A stretch of DNA of 63,841 nucleotides, the filler included, from Octopus bimaculoides (lineage: Eukaryota), in the NCBI RefSeq assembly GCF_001194135.2. It is 4 parts of 4 records of this genome, joined end to end, with 100 filler letters (N's around TTAATTAATTAA, not from the genome) between each part and the next. Parts side by side here need not be neighbours in the genome. Positions count along the whole stretch, not along the records: positions 18,890 to 36,598 come from NC_068986.1; positions 36,699 to 63,841 come from NC_068996.1; 2 more parts are not named here. One strand, 5' to 3'. Positions 23,741 to 38,283 of the stretch are shown here, in pieces (positions within the stretch are counted from its first letter, which is position 1; each line of letters begins with the position of its first letter). Under the pieces are notes generated by a model. It was not told the origin of the DNA. It saw only the letters and a list, made by a program, of their open reading frames with translations, and did not search any database. Made by a program: the position numbers and the translations under genes.

Positions 23741-25279
23741 AGTATTATTGTGGTAAGTGGTTAAATTTTTATTCTTCTCTCTCTCTTACTATCTCTCTCT
23801 ACCTACCTATCTTTTCACATATATACACACATATATACACACATATATGCATACACACACATGAGTTGTGTGTGTACAGAGAAACAGACTGACTGACAAA
23901 GAAGGGTGAAAAGAAAAAAGACTACGTTTGGAGAATGCGTTACAGGCTAATTCAAGAACATTATCCCTCTACAGGTATTTCGTTGTGACTTTGACGAAGA
24001 TAATTAATTTTGCTTGTGTCAATTTATCTACCCGGATAGCACACCTACCCGGACCTTGGGGGTAATGTACCGGGTAATGACTAGCCTCTAAAAGCATCAG
24101 GAACCCTGGTGATAGGTACTTTCCCTTTGATGTTACGTATGTTTATCTCAGGATTAGGAACCAATTTTACTGTACATATGGTGGAAAGCAATGTCAACCT
24201 TCAGATCATTTGAAACTGTTACAGAATAATTAAAGGGTACAAGTTGATGCAGATTGCAACTATATATGTGTGCATGTGTGTGAGAGAGAGAGAGAGGGGG
24301 GGAGAGGGAGAGAGAGAGAGAGAGNNNNNNNNNNNNNNNNNNNNNNNNNNNNNNNNNNNNNNNNNNNNNNNNNNNNNNNNNNNNNNNNNNNNNNNNNNNN
24401 NNNNNNNNNNNNNNNNNNNNNNNNNNNNNNNNNNNNNNNNNNNNNNNNNNNNNNNNNNNNNNNNNNNNNNNNNNNNNNNNNNNNNNNNNNNNNNNNNNNN
24501 NNNNNNNNNNNNNNNNNNNNNNNNNNNNNNNNNNNNNNNNNNNNNNNNNNNNNNNNNNNNNNNNNNNNNNNNNNNNNNNNNNNNNNNNNNNNNNNNNNNN
24601 NNNNNNNNNNNNNNNNNNNNNNNNNNNNNNNNNNNNNNNNNNNNNNNNNNNNNNNNNNNNNNNNNNNNNNNNNNNNNNNNNNNNNNNNNNNNNNNNNNNN
24701 NNNNNNNNNNNNNNNNNNNNNNNNNNNNNNNNNNNNNNNNNNNNNNNNNNNNNNNNNNNNNNNNNNNNNNNNNNNNNNNNNNNNNNNNNNNNNNNNNNNN
24801 NNNNNNNNNNNNNNNNNNNNNNNNNNNNNNNNNNNNNNNNNNNNNNNNNNNNNNNNNNNNNNNNNNNNNNNNNNNNNNNNNNNNNNNNNNNNNNNNNNNN
24901 NNNNNNNNNNNNNNNNNNNNNNNNNNNNNNNNNNNNNNNNNNNNNNNNNNNNNNNNNNNNNNNNNNNNNNNNNNNNNNNNNNNNNNNNNNNNNNNNNNNN
25001 NNNNNNNNNNNNNNNNNNNNNNNNNNNNNNNNNNNNNNNNNNNNNNNNNNNNNNNNNNNNNNNNNNNNNNNNNNNNNNNNNNNNNNNNNNNNNNNNNNNN
25101 NNNNNNNNNNNNNNNNNNNNNNNNNNNNNNNNNNNNNNNNNNNNNNNNNNNNNNNNNNNNNNNNNNNNNNNNNNNNNNNNNNNNNNNNNNNNNNNNNNNN
25201 NNNNNNNNNNNNNNNNNNNNNNNNNNNNNNNNNNNNNNNNNNNNNNNNNNNNNNNNNNNNNNNNNNNNNNNNNNNNNNN

Positions 25280-25565
25280 GTTTATTGAGCGAAAACACCT
25301 AAAGCTCCACGAGGCTCCGGCAGAGGATGGTGGCGAACCCTGCTGTACTCTTTCACCACAACTTTCACTCTTTCCTCCTGTTTCTGTTGTACCTGTATTT
25401 CAAAGGGCCAGCCTTGTCACACTGTGTCACGCTGAATAACCCCGAGAACTACGTTAAGGGTATATGTGTCTGTGGAGTGCTCAGCCACTTGCACGTTAAT
25501 TTCACGAGCAAGCTGTTCCGTTGATCAAATGGAACCCTTGACGTCGTAAGCGACAGAGTGCCAAC
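25280..25565 (+). mobile_element. SINE family B (head lost in gap)
   Basis: tttattgagcgaaaacacctaaagctccacgagg...gagtgccaaca. Confidence 0.85.
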
Positions 25566-26331
25566 AAAAATGTATTATGTATGTATGTATAAATAGAGAA
25601 AGCATCTATACTATAATGGAGAAAGCTGCTTATTAATTAGGTATGTAACAATTACTAAAAGTACTAAAAGAAAGCAATTATTAAAGGGTTGACCGTCTGG
25701 AAGTATTTTGATTAATTCACGTTCGAAGAAATTTCCTATAATTTTGATTTCTCAAGTTATTCATTGCATTCACTGCGGAATATTCGATTTTCATTTGCAA
25801 AGTCTCTTACTTTTTCTTTTAAATTTTAATTCGCTATTTGGAAAACCGACTGTTTGTTGTATTAATGTATACGTAATGTAAAAAACATTATTTATTGAAT
25901 GATTCTTTTTTAAATACCCGTATAATTTTTGAACGCGGGATAGCTGTGAGAAGAGCCTAGAAAGTTGGGTAATTACTATTAGAAGTCGAGGAGAAAAAAG
26001 TTACCGACAATTACTCGAAACTTGCACCTTATTCACAGTTTCCAAACACTCTATACTACTAAGACAATATATACACAAATGTTGCATGAGTGATTTCAAC
26101 AATGACACACACACAGACACACACATCTATAGACATTAGCGCACACGCATAGATACACATACACACAAATGACAGGTAATGAATGTGTGTGTGTGTGCCT
26201 TACTGACAATATTTCGTGTGAAGTTTCTTCAGAGAGGAGGTCGCCGTTTCAAAGCGACGAAAGTATTTTGATACAAATGAAACTTTAATGTTGAAGTGAA
26301 ACTGGTACAACTTAAATACATAGGTCTCTTA

Positions 26332-26532
26332 ACGGTACTACTTAAATACAGGTGTTACGTACAAAATATTTTAAATGTACCCAGTGTGGACGTGTAATGA
26401 CACCTTAGCCCTAGCCCTAACCCTGACCCTAACTAACCCTAAATCTAACCCTAACCCCATCCCTCATAACTAACCCAACCCATCAAATCGTTGCATAGAT
26501 GCATCGGGACCTCTGTATTTAAGTAGTGCCGT
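26332..26532. mobile_element. MITE with internal degenerate CCCTAA array
   Basis: TIRs acggtactacttaaatacag / ctgtatttaagtagtgccgt. ccctaa-like run at 26405-26460. Confidence 0.8.
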
Positions 26533-26739
26533 GAAAACTAACGGCTTTTGTGGGTTCTCGAATGGCTTACAAATATCTTCCAAGCTGCAATTGTTTTAGT
26601 TTCAGCTCACGATCTAAGATCAAGTCACTTGCTATGCATGTACATCTCCGTAATTTTTTAAAATCACTGTGACCTTCTCAGGCTCTCCAATATTTTTTTT
26701 TCTAAGCAGAAACAGTCGGGGGCAGGGAGCGGAGTTGCT

Positions 26740-26865
26740 AAAAAGCTGAGGGTCTGTCATTTTTATTTTCTGAAACAAAATTATACAGAGTTAGCAAAAA
26801 ATGCAGCAATGACCCCATAAAGGTATGTCCTCAAATACCTTCCGCACCCTGTATATCTATATATA
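26740..26865. repeat. Tc1-type element end; internal ~85 bp repeated at about 28692-28775
   Basis: aagctgagggtctgtcatt...ttatacagagttag...gcaatgaccc occurs at both sites. First copy ends caccctgta. Confidence 0.6.
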
Positions 26866-27057
26866 TTCTATGGACATACCATAGAAAAACAGAATGGACT
26901 AAACAGAACAGACGACATGTGGGACGGAGAGTAACTGAAGAGGTCACATGTGTGTGGACTTAAAATAAGAACAGTAGCAAACAAGCGATGAGCGAATATA
27001 TATAGTGCGTTTGTTTATTTGGCAAGAAATAAATGACCATCCCGAAATATCACAATA

Positions 27058-27133
<76 letters not shown>

Positions 27134-27564
27134 CATACATGAATACAAATATATTTGTGTATGTGTTTGCACGTGTGACTGTATGATAGTTTCGTTCACA
27201 CTAATACACCGATGCTACGTTTTTACTGAGCATAATTCTAGTTAACATGCTGTAAAAGATATCTTGCGCTTAACAGTTATTTTTTGACATTCTTAGACTT
27301 AGCACCGTGTTTTAAGTGCAAAGCAATAATATCTAAGCTGTTTCAATGTTCTCAGAACAGATAGAACAGTTAAGTAGCTATAGAGCCCAAATGGAACGCT
27401 CGGAGAAAATGTGAACTAATGGCAAAACCAAAATTTAGTAATTTCTTGTATTTTGACAGTTTTACCGTTATACTCGATGTAAGTTTAAGCAGCAAAGAAA
27501 CATTTTTGAATTACAGCAAATATATATATATATATATTTATACTTAACTTTCATGTGGCAGGTA

Positions 27565-27930
27565 TGACACTCTGCCTAAGAGGTTCGCTCTGCAATCACG
27601 TGGTTTTGGATTCAGTCTCACCACGCGGCATCGTGGGCAAGTGTTTTCTAGTATAGCCTAGGACCGTCCAATGCCCTGTGAGTGAACTTAGTAAACGGAA
27701 ACTGTGCGGAAGCCTGCCATACATACATGTGTGTGTGCGTATACACATACACACACACAGGTACATACATATATGTGTTGTGTGTGTGTGTGTATGTATG
27801 TGTGTGTGTGTACCTGACTCAAAATAAATCAATAAATACTGGGACCGACTTATTCAACGAAAACCCTTCAAGACGGTGCCTCAGTATGGCCACAGTTCAA
27901 TAACTAAAAGAAGTAAAAGATAAAAGACAG
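27565..27930 (+). mobile_element. SINE family A, diverged
   Basis: Head, gggcaagtgt core and tail are recognisable. Confidence 0.75.
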
Positions 27931-29221
27931 TACGAATGTAAAGGCAAAGTTTCATCTATAGTAAAAGCACGTAATAAGAGAAACATTTCTGGCTTTCTCT
28001 TCCTTCATTCGTACCTACAAAATATATTGGTCAAGAAATATGATTTAATCTGCCTTTTAGCTTACATATTAGCCACCATATTTTTAACACCACTTAAACA
28101 TAACTTCTTTTAACATCAGTGTAAACCACAAAGATCATTGTCTTTACAGTCGAAATACTGTTTAAGGTAGTTACTCTTTTAAGAAATGTTCAGTCCCACC
28201 GCTCAAAATCTATCAGGTATTCTGATGATTTCGGAGCGTTTAGAATGCTTTTTATGCTTTGATACAGGTGATACGTTTCCATCTTCAGTCTCTAGCTCCT
28301 TACATACTTTGTAGAAGAAAGATCTGGCATCTTTTAAAAATTAAGATATTTCTAATTCGCCATGCTTAGTAATTATAACCACAATAACAGTTGCCTCTTC
28401 ATTTCGTAACCCATAACCTACCAGTGATCACATATGAGATCAATTAAAAATTACAAATTTCATAATTATCTGTCAATATTTACACTTATCTAACCTTTTT
28501 GCTATATCTACTAGGTATATTTCTCTGATATTCAAATGCGGTTTGCTAATTTCTCACCCAATATCTCGCTTATTTCTATTTAAAATGTTATTTTGATCAT
28601 TCCAGCGTGTTTCTTAGGCTGTTTAATGCTAGAAATCAGTTTCATATAGAAATTCCAGTTAATAGAATTATGGGAGGTAATGGGTTTAGTAAGCTGAGGG
28701 TCTGTCATTATTATTTTCTCAAACAAAATTATACAGAGTTAGTAAAAAAATGTAGCAATGACCCAAAAAATGGTAAATGATATATTACCTCCTCCACTTC
28801 TAATTGTATGATCCATACAGTTTTTACTTGAACGGTAATTGTATTTCTAAAATTTTGAGGCACTTGTAAATGTTTTGTCGCTGTTATTGAAAATTTCTTT
28901 GATCGATATTACCAACATATTTATAACTTAAAGAAACCTGAAATAATCCACAACACTAACTTGTCTAATTACATTTGGTCCTTGAAAAGCACCGGATCCA
29001 TTGCTGTTGCGATTTACTGCCACAATTTAACGGGTATAGCAATAATTTTTATGCAACTTTCAGTTGATAACTTTGCTGCAATAAATAAACAATCTTGTTT
29101 TTAGACAATAATGATTTGAATGGGTGCAGAATTATTAATTTCCTATATGTACTCCATGTTGGCTGCAACATTTAGTTATATTTATGAACATTGGAAATCC
29201 GAACTCTTTAATCAATTTGCA

Positions 29222-29428
29222 CTCTTTACTCTTTTACTTGTTTCAGTCATTTGACTGCGGCCATGCTGGAGCACCGCCTTTAGTCGAGCAAATTGACCCC
29301 GGGACTTATTCTTTGTAAGCCTAGTACTTATTCTATCGGTCTCTTTTGCCGAACCTCTATTGACGGGGACATAAACACACCAGCATCGGTTGTCAAGCAA
29401 TGCTAGGGGGACAAACACAGACACACAA

Positions 29429-29466
<38 letters not shown>

Positions 29467-29529
29467 GCATATATATGACGGGATTCTTTCAGTTTCCGTC
29501 TACCAAATCCACTCACAAGGTTTTGGTCG
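29222..29529 (-). mobile_element. SINE family A running into a gap
   Basis: Near-consensus reverse tail. Confidence 0.85.
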
Positions 29530-30390
29530 NNNNNNNNNNNNNNNNNNNNNNNNNNNNNNNNNNNNNNNNNNNNNNNNNNNNNNNNNNNNNNNNNNNNNNN
29601 NNNNNNNNNNNNNNNNNNNNNNNNNNNNNNNNNNNNNNNNNNNNNNNNNNNNNNNNNNNNNNNNNNNNNNNNNNNNNNNNNNNNNNNNNNNNNNNNNNNN
29701 NNNNNNNNNNNNNNNNNNNNNNNNNNNNNNNNNNNNNNNNNNNNNNNNNNNNNNNNNNNNNNNNNNNNNNNNNNNNNNNNNNNNNNNNNNNNNNNNNNNN
29801 NNNNNNNNNNNNNNNNNNNNNNNNNNNNNNNNNNNNNNNNNNNNNNNNNNNNNNNNNNNNNNNNNNNNNNNNNNNNNNNNNNNNNNNNNNNNNNNNNNNN
29901 NNNNNNNNNNNNNNNNNNNNNNNNNNNNNNNNNNNNNNNNNNNNNNNNNNNNNNNNNNNNNNNNNNNNNNNNNNNNNNNNNNNNNNNNNNNNNNNNNNNN
30001 NNNNNNNNNNNNNNNNNNNNNNNNNNNNNNNNNNNNNNNNNNNNNNNNNNNNNNNNNNNNNNNNNNNNNNNNNNNNNNNNNNNNNNNNNNNNNNNNNNNN
30101 NNNNNNNNNNNNNNNNNNNNNNNNNNNNNNNNNNNNNNNNNNNNNNNNNNNNNNNNNNNNNNNNNNNNNNNNNNNNNNNNNNNNNNNNNNNNNNNNNNNN
30201 NNNNNNNNNNNNNNNNNNNNNNNNNNNNNNNNNNNNNNNNNNNNNNNNNNNNNNNNNNNNNNNNNNNNNNNNNNNNNNNNNNNNNNNNNNNNNNNNNNNN
30301 NNNNATCAGGATTTGTGTGTGTGTGTGCGCGCGCGCTAATGTTTATGCCCATATATGTACAGGCGTTCATCTGGCAGAATCGTTATTATG

Positions 30391-30622
30391 GCGACGAGCT
30401 GGCAGAATCGTTAGCATGCCGGGCGAAATGCTTAGCGCTATTTCGTCTGCCGTTACGTTCTGAGTTCAAATTCCGCCGAGGTCGACTTTGCCTTTCATCC
30501 TTTCGGGGGTCGATAAATTAAGTACCAGTTACGCACTGGGGTCGATGTAATCGACTTAATCCGTTTGTCTGTCCTTGTTTGTCCCCTCTATGTTTAGCTC
30601 CTTGTGGGCAATAAAGAAACAA
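30391..30622 (+). mobile_element. SINE family C, full length
   Basis: ggcgacgagctggcagaatcgttagc...gtcgactttgcctttcatcctttcgggggtcgataaattaagtaccag...gggcaataaagaaa. The core resembles the Meta domain as I recall it. Confidence 0.88.
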
Positions 30623-31149
30623 GAATCGTTATTATGTTGGATAGATAGCTTTGCGGCTATTATTCTTTTTTTCAACTATCTTGGGACTGAATAGATATCT
30701 CACCGAGATCAGCTTTGCTTTTCACCCCTTCACGATCGATAAATAACATATTAATCATGAACTGGTATCCATACGTCTCTTTTTTTTTCTAACTATTTAG
30801 TTCTGTCTTCTCTTTTATTTCATCCAGAAGAAATCGACCGTGGCTTGATCTGGTGAGTGATTGGTACCGCCAGATCTTAGAATGCCCAAGTCAAACTGTA
30901 TGTCACGAGATGTCCGGAAGGCACCGTCACGCAGTTTCAGTCATGACCGAGTCTATAGCAAAAGGTAAGAGATACTTGCTCATAATAACTTGCAGTAGTA
31001 TGGATCTCAGGATGAGTGTACAGCGAACTCCTTAAGTACCTGGTCATTCCTGTTCACACCCACATATACATCGTATACATACAGAAGGAGAAAGTTAGTT
31101 AGAGACATTCGTATGGGTGTGCATACGTAAACATATGTATTATGTGCAT

Positions 31150-31190
<41 letters not shown>

Positions 31191-31240
31191 TCTCTGTTTC
31201 GTATGTACCTATCTATTTCGTATGTACCTATCTATTTATG

Positions 31241-31624
31241 GGAGGCGCAATGGCCCAGTGGTTAGGGCAGCGGACTCGCGGTCATTGGATCGCGGTTTCG
31301 ATTCCCAGACCGGGCGTTGTGAGTGTTTATTGAGCGAAAACACCTAAAGCTCCACGAGGCTCCGGCAGGGGATGGTGGCGAACCCTGCTGTACTCTTTCC
31401 CCACAACTTTCTCTCACTCTTACCTCCTGTTTCTGTTGTGCCTGTAATTCAAAGGGTCAGCCTTGTCACACTGTGTCACGCTGAATATCCCCGAGAACTA
31501 CGTTAAGGGTACACGCGTCTGGAGTGCTCAGCCACTTGCACGTTAATTTCATGAGCAGGCTGTTCCGTTGATCGGATCAACTGGAACCCTCCACGTCGTA
31601 ATCGACGGAGTGCCAACAACAACA
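31241..31624 (+). mobile_element. SINE family B, full length with 11-bp target-site duplication
   Basis: ATCTATTTATG at 31230-31240 and 31625-31635, (AAC)n tail, A- and B-box-like head. Confidence 0.93.
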
Positions 31625-33622
31625 ATCTATTTATGATGTGTTTACACCTATTTGTCTACAGCGAGGAATTTTCTCCGTGACAAAATACAATGAATGGCTT
31701 CCTTCGGTTATCACAAGTGTTTCTGATGATCTGATCAACGGAACAACCTGCTCGTAAAATTAACGTGCAAGTGGCTGAGCACTCCACAGACGCGAGAAAC
31801 CTCAACGTAGTTCTCAGGGAGATTCAGCGTGACACAATGTGTAACAAAGCTAACCCTTCACAAGTAACAAGTTTGTATGTATGTATGTATGTATGCATGT
31901 ATGTATGTATGTATGTATGTATGTGTGTGTATGTATATATGTGTGTATGTATGTATGTATGTATGTATGTGTGCATGTATGTGTATATGTATGTATGTAT
32001 GTATAAATGCGTATGCATGTATATATGTATATGTATGTATTACGTACATACGTATGTATGCATGTGTGTATGTATGAGTGTGTGTATGTATGTATGTATG
32101 CATGTACTTTCGTATGTGTGTGTATGTGTGTGTATGTATGTATATATGTATGTACNNNNNNNNNNNNNNNNNNNNNNNNNNNNNNNNNNNNNNNNNNNNN
32201 NNNNNNNNNNNNNNNNNNNNNNNNNNNNNNNNATGTATGTATGTATGTATGTATGTGTGTGTATGTATATATGTGTGTATGTATGTATGTATGTATGTAT
32301 GTGTGCATGTATGTGTATATGTATGTATGTATGTATAAATGCGTATGCATGTATATATGTATATGTATGTATTACGTACATACGTATGTATGCATGTGTG
32401 TATGTATGAGTGTGTGTATGTATGTATGTATGCATGTACTTTCGTATGTGTGTGTATGTGTGTGTATGTATGTATATATGTATGTACGGCATGTGACCTA
32501 GTGGTTGGGTTATTCGACTCACGATCATAAGGTCATGTGTTTAATTCCCTGACCTGACCTGGCTGTGTGAAGTCTTCTTGAACAGGAACTCTATTTCATG
32601 TTGCTCCATTCCACTCATCTGGCAAAAATGAGTTGTACTTGTTATTCAAAGGACCAACTTTGTCACGTGTCACGTTGAATCTCTCTGGGAACTACGTTAA
32701 GGCTATGCGTGTCTGTGGAGTGCATAGCCTCATCAAACAGCTGGCTCAGTTTGATGAGCCAGCTGTTCTGTTGATCGTTTTAACGGGAACATTCGTCGTC
32801 GAAATTGACGGAGAGCCAGATGATGTATGTATGTATGTATGTATGTATGTATTATCTTACATATGTTTTATAAAATATATCGGACCTTATACGTGCATGA
32901 ATGATTAATATATCTTCTGCAGTTGAGCACTTAAATACTCTCTTCACTCTGCCTATTATCAGTTATCCGCTTTGATCAGAATAAAACAGGACAGTGAACT
33001 GATAGACATATTGATTTCTTTTTATCATATTTGAGTAAAAAAACAAAAAGAAAATAACTTTTTTTTTTCCTCAAATAACATTAACCTCTTTTCTTTTCAT
33101 TTCATTTCGGTCCGTTTTCTTTCATTTCTTTTTAGGCAGCTGATGATTGCTAACAGTTAGACATTGATTCGTTTGATCAACAGTCGATTAAAATGTTAAT
33201 TGACATCCAGTTTTATTAGTTAGATGGATAGCTTGTTACTTAGTTTAATTAGAAATTTGATAATTGTTGCAGTTGTTATTGTGTAGCTTGGCACTAAATT
33301 AGTCCAGTCCAGCTTGGGGAAGATATGTGATTCAGAGGTAACCCATTTGAGGAGTGGTGTAGAAGACACCGTTCTATCCATATTGTGCGATCAGCATTCA
33401 AGTTTTGATCATTATGTGGTTATGTATGAACATATTACTGTAGAATTTTCAATATATGAACTCGGTTACTACATAAAGCTAATCAATAGAATACATCCTC
33501 CTTCGCTCGTTTAGGCTTTCGTTCGATTTTTCCTATCAGAAACAGTGTAGTGGAGAAATTGATAGTTTAGGAAAATGATCCAGGGACTGGTGAATACACG
33601 CACATGTACTTATATATATATA

Positions 33623-33747
33623 CAGGGTGTCCACAAAGTCTGGCTACATGGGGATTAACACATACTTTAAGGAATTATTATTTCTTATATTTAATTGTTT
33701 GTTATGATTTTATTTACTCCATGTACTCAGACCTTGTAGACACCCTG
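33623..33747. mobile_element. Tc1/mariner-type MITE
   Basis: TIRs cagggtgtccacaaagtctg / cagaccttgtagacaccctg, TA flanks. Confidence 0.85.
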
Positions 33748-34039
33748 TATNNNNNNNNNNNNNNNNNNNNNNNNNNNNNNNNNNNNNNNNNNNNNNNNNN
33801 NNNNNNNNNNNNNNNNNNNNNNNNNNNNNNNNNNNNNNNNNNNNNNNNNNNNNNNNNNNNNNNNNNNNNNNNNNNNNNNNNNNNNNNNNNNNNNNNNNNN
33901 NNNNNNNNNNNNNNNNNNNNNNNNNNNNNNNNNNNNNNNNNNNNNNNNNNNNNNNNNNNNNNNNNNNNNNNNNNNNNNNNNNNNNNNNNNNNNNNNNNNN
34001 ATATATATATATGTATATATATATATGTATATATATATA

Positions 34040-34500
34040 GGTGCAGGCATGAGTGTGTGGTAAGAAGCTTGCTTTCCAACCAAATGGTTCCGGGTTCAGT
34101 CCCACTACGTGGCATCTACTATAGCCACGGGCCGATCAAAGCCTTGTGGGTGGATTTGGTAGATGGAAACTAAAAGAATCCCGTCGTATATATGCATATA
34201 TGTATGTGTGTGTGCGTGTGTGCGTGCGTGTGCGTTGCGTCTGTGTGTGTGTGTGAAGGTGTGTGTCTTTGTGTCTGTGTTTGTCCCCTAGAACCACTTG
34301 ACAACCGGTACTGGTGTGTTTACTGGTGTGTTTACGTCACTGTAACTTAGCATTTCGGCAAAAAGGCATTCATAGAATAAATACCAGGTTTATAAAATGT
34401 AAGCACTGGGGTTGATACATTCGGTTAAAAATTCTTGAAGGCGGTACCCCAGTATGATCGCAGTCTATTGACTGAAACAAGTGAAAGATGAAAGATAACA
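34040..34500 (+). mobile_element. SINE family A
   Basis: Head, internal microsatellite and tail. Confidence 0.82.
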
Positions 34501-34749
34501 AAAAAAATCTCTGTGTGTATGTGTGCACGCACGCGTGTGAATGTGTGTGTGTATTTGTGTGGGCGTGTTAGTATTTGTGTGTATATGTGTATGTATATAT
34601 AGAAAATAGAAATAAAACCAAGAACAAGAGTCAAAAGGACATATACAGTAAATGTATTAGGTTGAAGCTTAGTTTAAGATGGAAAAAAGAGCGGGTATGC
34701 ATATGTATGTACGTATGTATGTGTGTGTGAGCGTGCGTGCGTGCGTATG

Positions 34750-34794
<45 letters not shown>

Positions 34795-35369
34795 GTATGC
34801 ATGTGTGTGTGCGTATCTGCGCGTGTGCGTGAGTGCGTATGTATATATGTATGTGTGTGTATGCGTGCGTGCATGCATATGTATATATATTTGTATGTAT
34901 GAATGTATGTATGTATGTGTGTCTGTGCGTGCTCATGTATGTATGTATGTATGTATGTATGCATGCATATATGTGTGTATGCAAGCAGAAATGCGGAAAT
35001 ATCCACACATATTTATGACTCAAGGAGTGGTAAAGTCTTTAATCGTTTTTTACAAGTCGCATGTGACTGATAAAAGGAAGAGAGGACATCATTGCTACGC
35101 TAGTAACCAAGTTTGAATGCTTTGAACAAAGTGTTACGCTGCCAAAAGCACCCGATTTCAAACTTGGAGAAACCTGTACCTAATCTGCCACTCTATACTA
35201 GACTCAGTCCATCTTATAGGTTCGCACACAGTATTCGTCTAACACCCGTAAAAAGGCGAGGAGTGATAGGAAGACTAAAGATCAACTTTCCTGTTGATAA
35301 CAGTATGTCATCAAAAAGTAATCTGAAGACATGTTGTTTATGGTATTTACAGAGAGAGAGAGAGAGAGG

Positions 35370-35427
<58 letters not shown>

Positions 35428-35476
35428 CAGACAGAGACAGACAGACAGAGACAGACAGACAGACAGACAGACAGGC

Positions 35477-35526
<50 letters not shown>

Positions 35527-36404
35527 TGGACAGACATCAGAAATAATGTGTGTTTGTTATATATATTTACGTAATATTACAAGCTACCAGCATTTTAGAA
35601 TAGCACTAATTTCACAGAAGAATTGTGTATTCAACTGGAATTGCCTAGCTTCACAAACATCTTTAACGTCTTTGGGAAATGAATAAACGTCACATATTCA
35701 ATAATATTCCTTTATTTTTATTTTCCCCCTCTTCCCTCCGCCAGTATTACATTTACTTAACAATTTAGTTAATTATATTTAGTTATGGCTAAAAGACACA
35801 GTAGATATAAAACTTCGTTGCTGGCCGTCGTTAATGGCGAACAATCAATAATAAAATGGAAGCACAGTAACTACAAACTCAGTTTATTGCAGTAAGTGTT
35901 GAATTATCAAGCATGATTGAATATATGATTAATAGTTGTAAATTCATTCCAAGAATGTTAAGTCCATAAAATAAATGTTTCCAAATACAATACAAAAAAT
36001 GACACACATCGTAGGTCTCCGAATTAAAATGTTACTCTTATGGATGGCACGGATGACAAAGTCTATGTCCCACCAGATGCATCTGGATGAGATTTGCTCT
36101 AGTCTATGCCTCTCCAATTTTATGCATCTCTATACCACTGTTCTCTCTGTTTGCTCTAAGGATGGTGGAGTGCTTCTTGGCCATGAAAAGTTACTTGTAT
36201 GCAACCGTATAGCCTGAAGCTTTTCAAGCACAATTCAGTTTGCCCTGGTGAGATTTGTTCCAGTGTATGCCCCTTGAAATCTATGCAACTCTATGCCGCT
36301 TTTCTTTCTACTCGTTCTAAAACATCGTGAGTGTAAGCTTTCTTCCGCTTAGACTTTCGATGTATCGTTCTACCTCTTCCAGCATTGATATGTTTGCCTC
36401 AGGC

Positions 36405-36524
36405 TGGTAGTCATGATGGGTATATTGGGCTTCGTATATTTGTACCCCAGTGTCACTTTGATGGCATACGCTGCTCTCTCACTCAATAATAATAATAATA
36501 ATGATAATAATAATAATATTAATG

Positions 36525-36598
<74 letters not shown>
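36405..36598 (+). mobile_element. Retroposon 3' end with (AAT)n tail; longer reverse copy at about 39125-39445
   Basis: gtagtcatgatgggtatattgggcttcgtatatttgt...ctctctcactcaataataat. Its reverse complement lies at 39133-39220. Confidence 0.7.
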
Positions 36599-37029
36599 NN
36601 NNNNNNNNNNNNNNNNNNNNNNNNNNNNNNNNNNNNNNNNNNTTAATTAATTAANNNNNNNNNNNNNNNNNNNNNNNNNNNNNNNNNNNNNNNNNNNNAT
36701 ATATACGGGTGCAGTTAAATGACAGAAACCAATAAAAGAATACAAGAATATATATATATTATTTACCTTATTTACATTTAACGGATATTTGTCGTCATTT
36801 TGTTTGTTGTTAACACAACGTTTCGGCTGCTATATCCTCCTGCATTGGAATTTCAACATCAGCAACAGGGTATTTTTGTGTACGTATGAATGTATGTATG
36901 TATGTGTGTATGTACGTACGTACGTATGTATGTGTGTGTGTATGTATGTATGTATGTATATGTATATATATATACATGTATGTATGCATGTATGTATGTA
37001 GGTATGCATGTATGTATGTATGTATACGT

Positions 37030-37063
<34 letters not shown>

Positions 37064-37501
37064 ATGCATGTATGTATGTACGTATGTATATCTTTACATG
37101 TATACGTATGTTGGTATATTTATGCATGTATGAGTGTGTGCACGTATGCAGATATAATTATATGATGTCTACATAACCATGTGTCTGTTAATGTGTATGT
37201 GGGGGCGGGGACGACATTTTTTATTTTTTAATTTTTATTTCCTTTGTTTTAAATTTTTTTAATGAAGTAAGATTTAATTGCTATCAAAATCCAGCGGTAT
37301 TCCGAGTTATACTGAGTTGATAACGTCATCAACAGCTCTTTGATATCCAACAACTTAAACACTATTGGCTTCCAGCTATTTTTTGATCTCTCCTATTTTT
37401 AAAATGTCCGTTTATTTCATTTGTATTTATTTGTTTTTCTTTCGATTTGGTATTCGTTCGGGCTTCTGTATTTCTTTCTCTCTTTCTTTCTTCCTTTCTC
37501 C

Positions 37502-37574
<73 letters not shown>

Positions 37575-37600
37575 TTTCTCCCTTTCTTTCTTTCTTTATT

Positions 37601-37632
<32 letters not shown>

Positions 37633-37826
37633 TCGTCTGCATTATATTCCCCTCCTTTATCATTTCAGTTGTCGTCCCTTTGTTTTAGTTCGTTTTCTTC
37701 TACATGCATCTATGCAATCTTTTTAGCCGTTCAAGATGTGTGCTTGAGTTTGTGTATGTGTGTGCATATACACACACACACACGCACCCACACACACACA
37801 CACAACACACACACACACACACACAC

Positions 37827-37862
<36 letters not shown>

Positions 37863-38250
37863 NNNNNNNNNNNNNNNNNNNNNNNNNNNNNNNNNNNNNN
37901 NNNNNNNNNNNNNNNNNNNNNNNNNNNNNNNNNNNNNNNNNNNNNNNNNNNNNNNNNNNNNNNNNNNNNNNNNNNNNNNNNNNNNNNNNNNNNNNNNNNN
38001 NNNNNNNNNNNNNNNNNNNNNNNNNNNNNNNNNNNNNNNNNNNNNNNNNNNNNNNNNNNNNNNNNNNNNNNNNNNNNNNNNNNNNNNNNNNNNNNNNNNN
38101 NNNNNNNNNNNNNNNNNTATATATATATATTGGTGTATTTATACACCCACACATGCACACACACATACGTACATACATACATAAACAGAAATACAGACTA
38201 ACAGATAGAGAGACAGGCAGACAGATAGATAGACAGATGGATAGACAGGT

Positions 38251-38283
<33 letters not shown>

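Noticed and set aside
24049-24105. Minus-strand phase 1-1 exon-like segment (FLMLLEASHYPVHYPQGP)
   Set aside because: Weak acceptor, no recognisable domain, and not needed by the gene model.
31241-31315. tRNA-like sequences at SINE heads
   Set aside because: They run directly into SINE bodies and lack a complete cloverleaf, so they are not tRNA genes.
31873-32490. Near-identical blocks on both sides of a gap (also 11502-11596)
   Set aside because: Typical unmerged contig overlap artefact.
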